A DNA stretch of 32,000 nt from Candidatus Methylomirabilis oxygeniifera. GTDB lineage: Bacteria; Methylomirabilota; Methylomirabilia; Methylomirabilales; Methylomirabilaceae. Of this stretch, positions 8,976-18,673 are shown piece after piece (positions within the stretch are counted from its first letter, which is position 1; each line of letters begins with the position of its first letter). The notes under the pieces are model-generated. The model searched no databases, was not told the DNA's origin, and saw only the letters and a program-made list of their open reading frames with translations. A program made the position numbers and the translations under genes. The stretch is taken from assembly GCA_000091165.1 (NCBI GenBank), contig FP565575.1:1920001-1952000 (forward strand). Reading direction: 5' to 3'.

Positions 8976-9975
8976 GCGCCCTCTCGCGCCTTGGCGCACA
9001 CACGACCCGGTCGCGACCGGCCATGTCCTGCCTCACCTCCGCCGGTCCGAAGCCTTCTGTCTTCCGGATCAGTTCCATCACCGCGGATGCCTGACCGTCA
9101 CCGACCTCGAAGACCAGCCAACCGCCGTCGCGAAGATAGGCAGGAGCCGCTTCGATGATTCGCCGATAATAGCGCAGGCCGTCCGGGCCGCCATCGATGG
9201 CCTCGACAGGCTCGTAGGCGGTGATCTCAGGAGCTAAGACGCGGCAGGCGGCTGAGGGAATATACGGCGGATTTGATACGATCAGGTCACACCCTCCCCC
9301 GGCGTCGATCGTCCGAAACGGCTCAAGAAGATCGCCTTGGACGCAGCGAACCCTGTTCGTCAGTCCAAGCGTGTCTATGTTCCGTCCGGCGATTCGACAG
9401 GCACCCGGCGAACGATCGATGGCATAAATGAGCGCACGAGGCAGTTCGACCGCCAGCGCCAAGGCAACGGCGCCGCAGCCGGTGCCGAGATCCACAATAA
9501 CCAGTTGTGAGTGTCGAGTGTTGAGTGTTGAGTGTTGGGTCTCTGAGCCTTGACACTTGACACTGATCTTGTCCAGGGCGGTCTCGACAAGCGTTTCGGT
9601 GTCCGGCCTTGGAATCAGGACATCCGGGCTCACTGCCAAGAGAAGCGACCAGAACTCTTTTACCCCAAGGATATAGGCAACCGGCTCTCTGGCCTCGCGC
9701 CGGGACACCATCGATTCAAGGAGGCCGGATCTGTCTAAGGGAATTGGTTGCTCCGGATCCAGGATAAACTGCCACCTCGGAATGCCCGACGCCGCCTCCA
9801 TGAGGTACGCTGCGTCAAGCGGCGCGCTCTGCACGCCGCTCTCCACCAGCCGCTCCACCACCTGACGGTACGTGAAAATCTGAGGGGTGTGGGGTGTGGG
9901 GTGTGGGGTGTAATGGAGTTGTACTTCGCGCTTCGTGCTTCGCGCTTCTTCTGCAAGCGTAGACGTCATCCTCAC
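8968..9975 (-). CDS. prmC: Peptide chain release factor N5-glutamine methyltransferase PrmC, with two repeat-derived in-frame segments
   Basis: [40 protein letters not shown]. The GTG start overlaps the prfA stop. Confidence 0.93.
   Translation of the reverse strand: MRMTSTLAEEARSTKREVQLHYTPHPTPHTPQIFTYRQVVERLVESGVQSAPLDAAYLMEAASGIPRWQFILDPEQPIPLDRSGLLESMVSRREAREPVAYILGVKEFWSLLLAVSPDVLIPRPDTETLVETALDKISVKCQGSETQHSTLNTRHSQLVIVDLGTGCGAVALALAVELPRALIYAIDRSPGACRIAGRNIDTLGLTNRVRCVQGDLLEPFRTIDAGGGCDLIVSNPPYIPSAACRVLAPEITAYEPVEAIDGGPDGLRYYRRIIEAAPAYLRDGGWLVFEVGDGQASAVMELIRKTEGFGPAEVRQDMAGRDRVVCAPRRERAHG
9507..9565. repeat. Heptamer cluster inside prmC: GAGTGTC GAGTGTT GAGTGTT GAGTGTT ... TTGACAC TTGACAC
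   Basis: Direct reading. Encodes [20 protein letters not shown] between PrmC motifs. Confidence 0.94.
9884..9948. repeat. Heptamer clusters at the prmC 5' end: GGGGTGT x4 (9884-9911) and CTTCGCG/CTTCGTG/CTTCGCG (9924-9944)
   Basis: Direct reading. Encodes the [20 protein letters not shown]-terminal residues. Confidence 0.94.
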
Positions 9976-11060
9976 ACCAACGCCTTCAATCGCGCGGCCT
10001 GATCGCTGGCTGCGAGCGCGCCGATCAGCTCCTCGATCTCCCCCTCCAGGATCCGCGGGAGGCTGTGGAGCGTGAGCCCGATTCGATGGTCGGTGACCCG
10101 CCCCTGTGGGAAATTGTAGGTGCGTATCCGTTCACTCCGATCTCCTGTGCCGACCTGCTGACGGCGCGCCTGCGAAATCTCTGCCGCCTGCTGTGCCGTG
10201 GCAGCCTCAAGCAGGCGGGCTCGCAATACCTTCATCGCCTTGGCTCGATTCTTATGCTGCGACTTCTCATCCTGACAGGACACCACCATTCCGGTCGGCA
10301 GATGGGTAATTCGCACGGCTGAATCGGTGGTGTTGACGGACTGCCCTCCAGGCCCTGTTGACCGAAAGACATCGATCCGAAGATCCTTGGGGTCAATCTG
10401 TATCTCCACATCCTCCGCCTCCGGCAGAACGGCAACTGTGACGGTAGAGGTGTGAATCCGACCACTTGACTCGGTAACAGGGACCCGCTGCACCCGGTGG
10501 ACGCCGCTCTCGAATTTCAGGCGGCTGTACGCGCCGCGCCCCTCAATGCTGAGGATCGCCTCCTTCACTCCGCCAACCCCCGTCTGACTTGAAGACAGCA
10601 TCTCCACCTTCCAGCCTCGTAGTTCCGCGTAACGGCCGTACATCCTGACCAGCTCCGCAGCGAACAGTGCGGCCTCGTCGCCGCCGGCCCCAGCCCGTAC
10701 CTCCAAGATGATACTTTTCTCATCGGCCGGATCGCGAGGAAGCAACAACAGCGTAAGTTCCTCCTCAAGTTTCTCCCGCTTGACGGCCAGCTCCTTCAGC
10801 TCCGCCTCTGCCAACTCGCGCACATCGTCTTCGGTGCCGTCGTGCAGTAAGGCTTTCGTCTCTTCCAGGTCCTGCAGGAGCTTACGATACTGCTGATAGG
10901 CCTCCACCACCGGTTCCAGTTCCGCATGCGCCTTGGCCAACCGCTGAAAGCGAGCCTGATCGGTGATAATAGCCGGATCACCCATCTGCAACAGGACCTC
11001 GGTAGATCGCTGTTCGATGGCGTCCAGGCGCTCACGCAACTGTAACATCGATGTTACCAT
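9972..11060 (-). CDS. prfA: Peptide chain release factor 1
   Basis: [22 protein letters not shown] (GGQ motif), [18 protein letters not shown]. Confidence 0.97.
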   Translation of the reverse strand: MVTSMLQLRERLDAIEQRSTEVLLQMGDPAIITDQARFQRLAKAHAELEPVVEAYQQYRKLLQDLEETKALLHDGTEDDVRELAEAELKELAVKREKLEEELTLLLLPRDPADEKSIILEVRAGAGGDEAALFAAELVRMYGRYAELRGWKVEMLSSSQTGVGGVKEAILSIEGRGAYSRLKFESGVHRVQRVPVTESSGRIHTSTVTVAVLPEAEDVEIQIDPKDLRIDVFRSTGPGGQSVNTTDSAVRITHLPTGMVVSCQDEKSQHKNRAKAMKVLRARLLEAATAQQAAEISQARRQQVGTGDRSERIRTYNFPQGRVTDHRIGLTLHSLPRILEGEIEELIGALAASDQAARLKALV

Positions 11061-11081
11061 TCTATGCGGACAGCCTCCTGA

Positions 11082-11360
11082 TCAGGGGGCGACCACTTCC
11101 CCTGGTGCTGCCGTAGCGAGTTCCGCGGAGGCGGCCTCTTCGACCACCTTGGCCGTTTTCGGCTTTTTGGAATATTTCCGTCGGAACCGATCGACCCGCC
11201 CCTCGGTGTCGATCAGCTTCTGGCGACCGGTAAAGAGCGGGTGACACTTGGAGCAGATCTCTACCCGGAGAGCATCCGCGGTGGACCGGGTATGGATCAC
11301 CTCGCCGCACGCGCATGTGATCGTTGTCGATTGATAGTTAGGATGAACACCTGACTTCAT
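11082..11360 (-). CDS. rpmE: 50S ribosomal protein L31, Cys-containing form, with C-terminal extension
   Basis: [63 protein letters not shown]. Confidence 0.95.
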   Translation of the reverse strand: MKSGVHPNYQSTTITCACGEVIHTRSTADALRVEICSKCHPLFTGRQKLIDTEGRVDRFRRKYSKKPKTAKVVEEAASAELATAAPGEVVAP

Positions 11361-11452
11361 AATCGTCCCTCCCTGAAAATAGCCAATTTTTCAGTAAGTT
11401 AAACACGTTACATTATACGTCCAAACGCTGAGCCTGCTCAATAGAAAAGCAG

Positions 11453-11480
11453 CATTCAGCCATCAGCCGTCAGCGGTCAG
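11453..11480. repeat. Heptamer cluster CATTCAG CCATCAG CCGTCAG CGGTCAG
   Basis: Direct reading, intergenic between rho and rpmE. Confidence 0.88.
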
Positions 11481-11555
11481 CAAAAGTAGGAAACCGATAG
11501 CTCCCAGCCGATGGCCGATTGCCATAAGCTGAACGCTGTGCTATGGCAAAAAATA

Positions 11556-11577
11556 CAGCCCGTCGAAGGACGGGCTG
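11556..11577 (-). terminator. Rho-independent terminator downstream of rho
   Basis: Perfect CAGCCCGTC-loop-GACGGGCTG stem. On the - strand it is followed by TATTTTTT. Confidence 0.88.
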
Positions 11578-11605
11578 ATGAATCGCATGAAGAGAGGACA
11601 ACCAC

Positions 11606-12940
11606 TTATGAATTCATGGCTCTCATGAAATCCTCGTTCGATCTGGCCTGCCTCAACTTCTCAAGCAGGAGTTCCATCGCCTCCACCACACCCATAGTCT
11701 GGAGGACCTTACGGAGAATCCACATCCGGTTGAGTTCCTCCTGCGTCAGCAGGAGTTCCTCTTTCCGCGTGCCTGACCTGAAGATATCGATAGCAGGAAA
11801 GACCCGCTTATCCACCAAGCGTCGATCCAGGACAAGCTCGCAGTTGCCGGTCCCCTTGAACTCTTCAAAGATGACATCGTCCATCCGGCTGCCGGTGTCG
11901 ATAAGGGCTGTGGCCATGATCGTCAGGCTGCCGCCCTCTTCAATATTCCGCGCCGCCCCAAAAAATCGTTTGGGGCGCTGCAGCGCGTTGCTGTCCACGC
12001 CGCCGGAGAGCACCTTGCCGCTCGGCGGGACAATGGTATTGTAGGCCCGTCCCAATCGGGTGATAGAATCCAGCAAGATCACCACATCCCGCTTGTGTTC
12101 CACCAACCGCTTAGCCTTCTCGATCACCATCTCGGCCACCTGGACGTGGCGCGTAGCCGGTTCATCAAAGGTGGAACTCACGACCTCCGCCTTGACAGAG
12201 CGCTGGAAGTCAGTCACTTCTTCAGGCCGCTCGTCGATCAGCAGTACGATCAGAATCACCTCAGGATGATTCTTGGTGATGCTGTTGGCAATCTTCTGCA
12301 GAAGAATGGTCTTACCGGTCCTCGGCGGTGCCACAATCAGCCCGCGCTGCCCCTTACCGATCGGCGTAAGGAGGTCCATGACTCGCATGTTCAGCTCATC
12401 CTGCGCGGTCTCCAGCCTGATCCGCTGGTTCGGAAAAAGAGGGGTCAGGTTATCAAAAAGGATCTTGTCCTTGATCAGCTCCGGGTTTTCGAAGTTGACC
12501 GCCTCGACCTTGAGGAGGGCAAAGTAGCGCTCGCCTTCTTTTGGAGGTCTCACCTGGCCCGACACGGTGTCGCCGGTCCGGAGATCAAAGCGCCGAATCT
12601 GCGACGGCGATACGTAAATATCGTCCGGCCCAGGCAGGTAATTGTAGTCCGGCGCCCGAAGGAAGCCAAACCCATCGGGTAGAACCTCGAGCACACCCTC
12701 CGCGAAGATCAACCCGCTTTTCTCGGTTTGCGCCTCAAGGATCTTGAAGATGAGCTCTTGCTTGCGGAGGCCGCTGGCACCCACCACGTTCAGGGTCCTG
12801 GCAATGGCACTCAACTCAGAGATGGTCTTCTCTTTCAGTTCCACGATATTCATTGAACCACCCCTGGGAAGCGCCGCGGCAACCTCCTTCACTTCTGATA
12901 CACTGGACCGTCTGGTCGATTCAGACACTGATGGGGCCAT
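11606..12940 (-). CDS. rho: Transcription termination factor Rho
   Basis: [62 protein letters not shown]. Confidence 0.97.
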   Translation of the reverse strand: MAPSVSESTRRSSVSEVKEVAAALPRGGSMNIVELKEKTISELSAIARTLNVVGASGLRKQELIFKILEAQTEKSGLIFAEGVLEVLPDGFGFLRAPDYNYLPGPDDIYVSPSQIRRFDLRTGDTVSGQVRPPKEGERYFALLKVEAVNFENPELIKDKILFDNLTPLFPNQRIRLETAQDELNMRVMDLLTPIGKGQRGLIVAPPRTGKTILLQKIANSITKNHPEVILIVLLIDERPEEVTDFQRSVKAEVVSSTFDEPATRHVQVAEMVIEKAKRLVEHKRDVVILLDSITRLGRAYNTIVPPSGKVLSGGVDSNALQRPKRFFGAARNIEEGGSLTIMATALIDTGSRMDDVIFEEFKGTGNCELVLDRRLVDKRVFPAIDIFRSGTRKEELLLTQEELNRMWILRKVLQTMGVVEAMELLLEKLRQARSNEDFMRAMNS

Positions 12941-13387
12941 CTACGCAAACTCCTCTTCCTTAAGTACAACTGTTGACGATGAATCTACTTCGCGACCATA
13001 ACCCGGTACCCGCCTATTCCTGTAACCAGCCTGCAGTATGCCGTGTGCGAACATCGAGAGCCGGTCACCAGGAATAAGGCCCCTGCCGGACGCATGGGAA
13101 ACAACGGTCTGAATCGGAAAGCCAGATGAGTTAGATCTTGGGCAGCGTCGGCCTCCCTTACCCTAAGTGATGCGGAGTTCAGGACTGACCGACAAACGAC
13201 ACTCTGGAGAAGTCATACCCTCAGCGAGATTGTCACTGTAAACCTATTAGAGACCATCTGCTTTGTCAAGCCTTTTTTCGCAGCCCAGGAAGCCTTTCAG
13301 TAGCAGGTCTGACGCGGAGCGCGTGGTGTGGCGCCGGATTTGGCTCGACGACACTCGGCACAGGCCACCCAAGCCACAGGCAAGCGC

Positions 13388-13993
13388 CTACGGTGCAAGC
13401 TTGGCGCGTAACTGTTCCCACACCGCCTGCGCCTGGCGCACTGTCTCTGCAAGCGGTCCGTCATTCTCGATGACATAATGAGCGTATTGACGCTTCTCCT
13501 GCTGCGGCATCTGCGACCGGATGCGCGGCATCGCTTCATCCCGGCTGAGACCTCTGGACCTCATCAAACGGTCGAGCTGCGCAGTTTCGTTCGCCTCCAC
13601 AAGGATCACCGCATCACAACGAACATACCAACCACTCTCAATTAGTAACGCGGCATCAATAAGGCAGACACAAGTTCCCGAGACCTCTGCCTGCCTGATG
13701 CGCCGTTCACACTCCTCGATAATGGCCGGATGAAGCAGCGCCTCCAATCGTCTGCGAGCCTCGGGATCGGCGAACACGATCGCACCTAATCGCCTACGAT
13801 CTATGCGACCATCCGCGTCGACGACCTCGCGACCAAAGGTCGAAGCGACGGCCTCGAACAGCGGCTGATCGGGCTCCACTACCTCATGCGCAACCTGATC
13901 CGCGTCGATGATGATTGCGCCTAAGTTCTTGAACAGTGCCGCAACCGTACTCTTGCCGGAACAGATGCCCCCCGTCAGGCCCACAACGACCAT
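13388..13993 (-). CDS. coaE: Dephospho-CoA kinase
   Basis: MVVVGLTGGICSGKSTVAALFKNLGAIIIDADQVAHEVV. The open frame extends to 14101 through a poly-C/poly-G hairpin, but the conserved domain starts at 13993. Confidence 0.92.
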   Translation of the reverse strand: MVVVGLTGGICSGKSTVAALFKNLGAIIIDADQVAHEVVEPDQPLFEAVASTFGREVVDADGRIDRRRLGAIVFADPEARRRLEALLHPAIIEECERRIRQAEVSGTCVCLIDAALLIESGWYVRCDAVILVEANETAQLDRLMRSRGLSRDEAMPRIRSQMPQQEKRQYAHYVIENDGPLAETVRQAQAVWEQLRAKLAP

Positions 13994-14035
13994 TCGTCTG
14001 GCATCCTGCTTGCTCAGAAAATTGCCCACGACTGA

Positions 14036-14076
14036 AATCCCCCATGCCCCCCCTTGCGAAGGGGGGGGATTTTCAC
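14036..14076. repeat. Short inverted repeat GAAATCCCCC...CCCCCCTTGCGAAGGGGGG...GGGGATTTTC between coaE and polA
   Basis: Direct reading of the palindrome. Confidence 0.8.
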
Positions 14077-14110
14077 GATGCATGGGTTGCCTTGGGGCCA
14101 TGACAAATGG

Positions 14111-16732
14111 CTAGGCATGGGCCTCAGCCCAGCTCGTTCCGACTCCGATGTCTACCTTCAGGGGAACGCTGAGCGTAGCCGCCCACTCCATCTCTTCGGT
14201 GGCCATCCGCCTGGCGACGTCCAATTCGACTTCCGGCACCTCGAACAGCAATTCATCATGGATCTGAAGGATCATTCTGGTTTCTAACTGCTCGGATCTC
14301 AGGCGCCTGGAGATGGCGATCATTGCCACCTTGATGAGGTCTGCGGCCGATCCCTGAATCGGCGTATTCACCGCCAACCGCTCGCCGAGCTGCCGAACCG
14401 TCTGGTCGGAGCTTTTCAATTCCGGGATCGCCCGTCGGCGCCCCCAGAACGTGCTTACGAAACCGAGTTCCCTGGCCTCGCAGATCGTCCGGTCAATGAA
14501 TGCCTTGACCCCGTGATAGATCTGAAAATAGCGATCGATGTACAAGGCGGCCTCCTCCTGCGATATCTCAAGCTCCGCAGCCAGGCCAAAAGGACTCATC
14601 CCGTAGACGATACCGAAGTTGATCACCTTGGCCCGTCGCCGCATCTCTACCGTCACCGCCTCAGGCTGTACCCCGAAGACCTCGGCCGCGGTGCTGCGGT
14701 GCACATCACCCCCGGCTATGAAGGCCGCAATCAACGCCTGATCTTGAGAGAGGTGCGCCAGAATCCGCAACTCGATCTGGGAATAATCGGCCGATAGAAG
14801 CCGATGCCCCTCTGAGGCAACGAACGCCTGTCGAATCCGCCGCCCAACCTCGGTGCGAACGGGGATATTCTGGAGGTTCGGCTCACTGGAACTCAAGCGT
14901 CCCGTGGCAGTCACCGTCTGATTGAACGACGTATGGATTCGACCGCTCGTACGCTCGGCAAGCCGAAGCAGCACGTCCACATAGGTCGACTTGAGTTTCG
15001 CGAGGCTCCGATAATTCAAGACCTCCGCAGGGAGTTCATGCGTGACGGCCAACCGCTGAAGTACCTCCACATTGGTGGAATAGCCGGTCTTGGTCCGCTT
15101 CAGCGGCGTAAGCTTCAATCGCTGAAACAATACCTCCGCCAACTGCTTAGGGGAATTGATGTTGAAGTGCTCGCCCGCCAGGGCGAAGATTCGCGACTCA
15201 AGCCGACTGAGCTGGCTCTCCAGCTCCTTGCCCAGCTCGCTGAGCTGGTCGGTATCGACACTGAACCCGACCTCCTCCATCGAGGCCAAGACCTCGATCA
15301 GCGGCATCTCGATCGTTGTAAAAAGGGGCAGCAGCCCTGCCTGCCCAAGTTGCGGCAGCAACGCCTCTTTGAGTTGCCATACAAGGTGCGCCTCTTCGGC
15401 TGCCCCCCTCATGGCCGTCTCTCGTCCGTCATTTCCACCCCTAGCTCCCGGCCCCTGCTCCCACTTCACGCCCAATAGCTCAAACACCAAAGTCGCGAGA
15501 GAGTGATCCGATCTGTTAGGATTCAGGAGATAGGACGCTACCATGGTATCAAAGGACAGTCCTCTCAGCGCAACGCCCTTCTTCCCGATAGCGGTCATGA
15601 TCCGTTTGAGATCGTGGCCGATCTTCCCCGGTCTCTCTCCGGCCAGGACAGGGCGCACGCGCTCAAGATACGAGTCGGTCATCGCGTCGGGAAAGCAACA
15701 GAGGGCGACATCGGGCTCTGCACAAAAGGCAAGGCCAAAGAACTCTCCATCAGCCGTCCCGTCGCCACGCAGCGCGACGGCGATGGCCACGCTGTCTGAG
15801 GCCAACAGTCCCCTAGCAGCTTCGCCAACCTCCTCCTCGCGATCAATGACGACTATGCGGAGCGAGCTGTGCGATGCCAGTGGGGTAAAAGCCCGCTGGA
15901 GCGCTGTAAATCCCAACTCTCGAAAGAGGGCCTGCATGGCGGAATGGTCTGGCGCCTGCAGCGTCAACTGTCCCAAGTCCAATCCAATCTGGAGATCTGT
16001 CCTGATGCGGGCCAGCTCCCGACTGAGGCGGGCCTGCTCGACCCCACTTCTCACAATCTCGCGGACCTTTGCGGACTTGATCTCATGCAGGCGAGCGACT
16101 GTCTCTTCGATGTTCCCGAACTGCTGGATAAGGTTTCTGGCAGTCTTCTCCCCGATTCCATGCACACCGGGGATATTGTCGATCGGATCGCCCATCAGCC
16201 CCATCACCTCCACGACCTGACCGGGAGGCACACCGAAGCGCTTCACAACCTCTGATTCGCCATAGACCGTTTCCTTCATCGAATCATAGACTCGGATCTC
16301 GGGTCCGACCAGTTGGAGCATGTCCTTATCGCCCGTAGCAATGGTCACGCGAAAATCCTGCGCTGCTGCCTGCCTGGCCAGCGAGCCGATCAGATCGTCC
16401 GCCTCTTGCCCCTGTTGCATCAGCAGCGGGATTCGCATCGCCTCTACCACCCGATGGATATAAGGAAGCTGACGGCTCAGGTCGTCCGGCATCTGCGCGC
16501 GATTCGCCTTGTAGTCGGCGTATCGCGTGTGTCGTTCGGTCGGTCCTGCGGAATCAAAGACCACAACCATGGCCTCCGGACGCTCGTCCCGGATGATCTT
16601 CAGAAGCATGTTAGTGAAACCGTAGACGGCGCCGGTTGGAATCCCCTCGCTGTTGCTGAGAGGTGGAAGCGCATGGTAGGCTCGAAAAACGTAGGAACTG
16701 CCGTCGATGAGATAGAGCGATCTGCCTGCCAT
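14111..16732 (-). CDS. polA: DNA polymerase I
   Basis: LYLIDGSSYVFRAYHALP; polymerase motifs FSADYSQIELRILAH (here SADYSQIELRILAHLS), RRRAKVINFGIVYGMSPFGLA, QIHDELLFEVP. Confidence 0.97.
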   Translation of the reverse strand: MAGRSLYLIDGSSYVFRAYHALPPLSNSEGIPTGAVYGFTNMLLKIIRDERPEAMVVVFDSAGPTERHTRYADYKANRAQMPDDLSRQLPYIHRVVEAMRIPLLMQQGQEADDLIGSLARQAAAQDFRVTIATGDKDMLQLVGPEIRVYDSMKETVYGESEVVKRFGVPPGQVVEVMGLMGDPIDNIPGVHGIGEKTARNLIQQFGNIEETVARLHEIKSAKVREIVRSGVEQARLSRELARIRTDLQIGLDLGQLTLQAPDHSAMQALFRELGFTALQRAFTPLASHSSLRIVVIDREEEVGEAARGLLASDSVAIAVALRGDGTADGEFFGLAFCAEPDVALCCFPDAMTDSYLERVRPVLAGERPGKIGHDLKRIMTAIGKKGVALRGLSFDTMVASYLLNPNRSDHSLATLVFELLGVKWEQGPGARGGNDGRETAMRGAAEEAHLVWQLKEALLPQLGQAGLLPLFTTIEMPLIEVLASMEEVGFSVDTDQLSELGKELESQLSRLESRIFALAGEHFNINSPKQLAEVLFQRLKLTPLKRTKTGYSTNVEVLQRLAVTHELPAEVLNYRSLAKLKSTYVDVLLRLAERTSGRIHTSFNQTVTATGRLSSSEPNLQNIPVRTEVGRRIRQAFVASEGHRLLSADYSQIELRILAHLSQDQALIAAFIAGGDVHRSTAAEVFGVQPEAVTVEMRRRAKVINFGIVYGMSPFGLAAELEISQEEAALYIDRYFQIYHGVKAFIDRTICEARELGFVSTFWGRRRAIPELKSSDQTVRQLGERLAVNTPIQGSAADLIKVAMIAISRRLRSEQLETRMILQIHDELLFEVPEVELDVARRMATEEMEWAATLSVPLKVDIGVGTSWAEAHA

Positions 16733-16861
16733 GGGTTAGCGTCCTTGGAGAATAACGATCAACGGTCAGTACTAAAAGCAGGTGTCTAGGCTGAAGGCTG
16801 AAGAATCCTCACAACCTTCAGCCTATTTACCTTCAGCCTCTTCCGCCTGTGGCAGGGCAGA

Positions 16862-17953
16862 TCAACCGAAAAGGCTCTTGACCTTGTCAAAGAAGCTCTG
16901 GACCAGCGGACTTCCGTCACCATTTTCCAGGACAGCGTACGCTTCAAGCAGTTCGCGCTGCTTCGCAGTCAGGCGCTTAGGCACCTCGACCACGACCCTG
17001 ACCACCAGGTCTCCTTGATCATGGCCACGCAAGTGCGGCACACCTTTACCGCGAATACGGTACTCAGCGCCGGGCTGGGTCCCTGATGGGATCTTGAGCT
17101 TCGTCATCCCGGAAAATGTTGGGATCTCCAACTCGGCCCCCAAGGCCGCCTGAACAAACGTGACGGGGACCTCACAGTATAGGTCGTCGCCGTGTCGTGC
17201 GAAGAGCGGGTGATCCTTCACAGTGATCACGACGTACAGATCGCCCCGATCCCCCCAGTGGGGACCGGCCTCACCCTCCCCTGCCAGCTTCAAACGTATC
17301 CCCGTTTCCACACCGGCTGGGATCTTCACTGTGAGGGACCGATCAGACCGAGACCGCCCCGTGCCGCGGCAGTCACGACATCGATGTTCGATCACACGTC
17401 CCTCGCCTCGGCAGGCCGAGCAGGTCTGACTGATCGTCAGAAAGCCTTGCGAGTACCTGACCTGGCCGCTACCGCGGCAGGAACGACAGGCGGTTGGAGA
17501 TGTCCCAGGCTTTGCGCCGCTTCCCTTGCAGGTGCCGCAAGGCTCCAGCCGGGGGATGGTGATCTCTTTCTCTACCCCGACGATCGCTTCCTCGAGGTTG
17601 ATCTCAAGGTTGTAGCGTAAATCTGCGCCCCGCGAGGCGGCTCGTCGAGTAGACCCTCCAAAGAACCCCTCAAAAAGATCCTCGAATACCGACCCAAACC
17701 CGGCCTCGCCGAATCCCGCCCGTTCACCGGTAACCCCGAACCGGTCATAGGCCGCTCGCTTCTCGGGATTATTCAGAATCTCATACGCCTCGGTCGCTTC
17801 TTTAAACTGCTCTTCCGACGCCTTATCGCCGGCATTCTTGTCCGGGTGATACTTATGGGCCAGCCGACGATAAGCTCGCTTGATCTCATCGGGAGCCGCG
17901 TCCCGATCCACTCCGAGCACCTCGTAGTAGTCGCGCTTGTTCATGGCTCGCAT
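16862..17953 (-). CDS. dnaJ: Chaperone protein DnaJ
   Basis: MNKRDYYEVLGVDRDAAPDEIKRAYRRLAHKYHPDKN; four CxxCxGxG-type zinc motifs. Confidence 0.97.
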   Translation of the reverse strand: MRAMNKRDYYEVLGVDRDAAPDEIKRAYRRLAHKYHPDKNAGDKASEEQFKEATEAYEILNNPEKRAAYDRFGVTGERAGFGEAGFGSVFEDLFEGFFGGSTRRAASRGADLRYNLEINLEEAIVGVEKEITIPRLEPCGTCKGSGAKPGTSPTACRSCRGSGQVRYSQGFLTISQTCSACRGEGRVIEHRCRDCRGTGRSRSDRSLTVKIPAGVETGIRLKLAGEGEAGPHWGDRGDLYVVITVKDHPLFARHGDDLYCEVPVTFVQAALGAELEIPTFSGMTKLKIPSGTQPGAEYRIRGKGVPHLRGHDQGDLVVRVVVEVPKRLTAKQRELLEAYAVLENGDGSPLVQSFFDKVKSLFG

Positions 17954-18600
17954 ATGCCGGGTCCCAGGTTCCGGGTTTCACTCTGACCTTCCTCTGAACC
18001 TTGAACCCCCAACTCGTGGCTCAAAACCTTCGCCTTCGACACCTTCACCATCGCCGGCCGCAGCAAACGTCCCTCCAGAAGGTACCCTCTTCGAACCTCC
18101 TCAACTGCAATGTTGTCCCGGCCATCAGTTGTCTCTACCTGAGCCACAGCCTGATGGACATTCGGATCGAATTCATGCCCCACCGCCTCGATAGGCTTCA
18201 CCCCTACCTTTTCCAGGGTCGTCTGAAACAGCCGCAGAATGATATCGACGCCCTCCGTAAGACCCTGGACGTCTCCTCCGATACGAACCGTCGCGACCGC
18301 GTGCTCCAGACTATCCACAACGGGCAGCAGTTCCAGAATCAGCCCTTCGTTCGCAAATCTCACGAACTCGCTTCGCTCGCGGGATGCTCGCTTCTTATAG
18401 TTCTCAAACTCCGCGTGGAGGCGAAGCAGGCGGTCGTTAAGGGACTCTATCTCAGTGGTTCGCTCCTTGAGGTCGGCCTGTAGCCTGCCGATCATCGACT
18501 CCAACTCAGTCGTAGGAGCAACAGGACTCTCTTGCACGTTGTCGCTTGTCGATGCTTTGGTCTCTTCGCTTTCTTGATTCATCATCCGATCGACTCCCAT
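17941..18600 (-). CDS. grpE: Nucleotide exchange factor GrpE
   Basis: RLHAEFENYKKRASRERSEF...LLPVVDSLEHAV...VKPIEAVGHEFDPNVHQAV...GYLLEGRLLRPAMVKVS. Confidence 0.93.
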   Translation of the reverse strand: MGVDRMMNQESEETKASTSDNVQESPVAPTTELESMIGRLQADLKERTTEIESLNDRLLRLHAEFENYKKRASRERSEFVRFANEGLILELLPVVDSLEHAVATVRIGGDVQGLTEGVDIILRLFQTTLEKVGVKPIEAVGHEFDPNVHQAVAQVETTDGRDNIAVEEVRRGYLLEGRLLRPAMVKVSKAKVLSHELGVQGSEEGQSETRNLGPGICEP

Positions 18601-18673
18601 CTCTGTGTATCGGCAGGCCCGACAACTCGGCTGGTCGAGCTTCGCCGCACATCATCGCTCCCGACCGCGGTCT

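Noticed and set aside
13000-13170. Riboswitch or SRP/RNase P/6S RNA between rho and coaE
   Set aside because: Cobalamin, c-di-GMP, SRP and RNase P signature sequences were looked for by eye and not found. A faint resemblance to the 6S RNA start (GATGTTCGCA) is not enough. Kept only as an unspecified structured leader.
14933-16789. Several + strand ORFs over polA
   Set aside because: Antisense shadows of a well-supported DNA polymerase I gene.
17192-17620. 142-aa + strand ORF rich in Arg/Pro
   Set aside because: Antisense to the dnaJ zinc-binding region; composition reflects the opposite strand.
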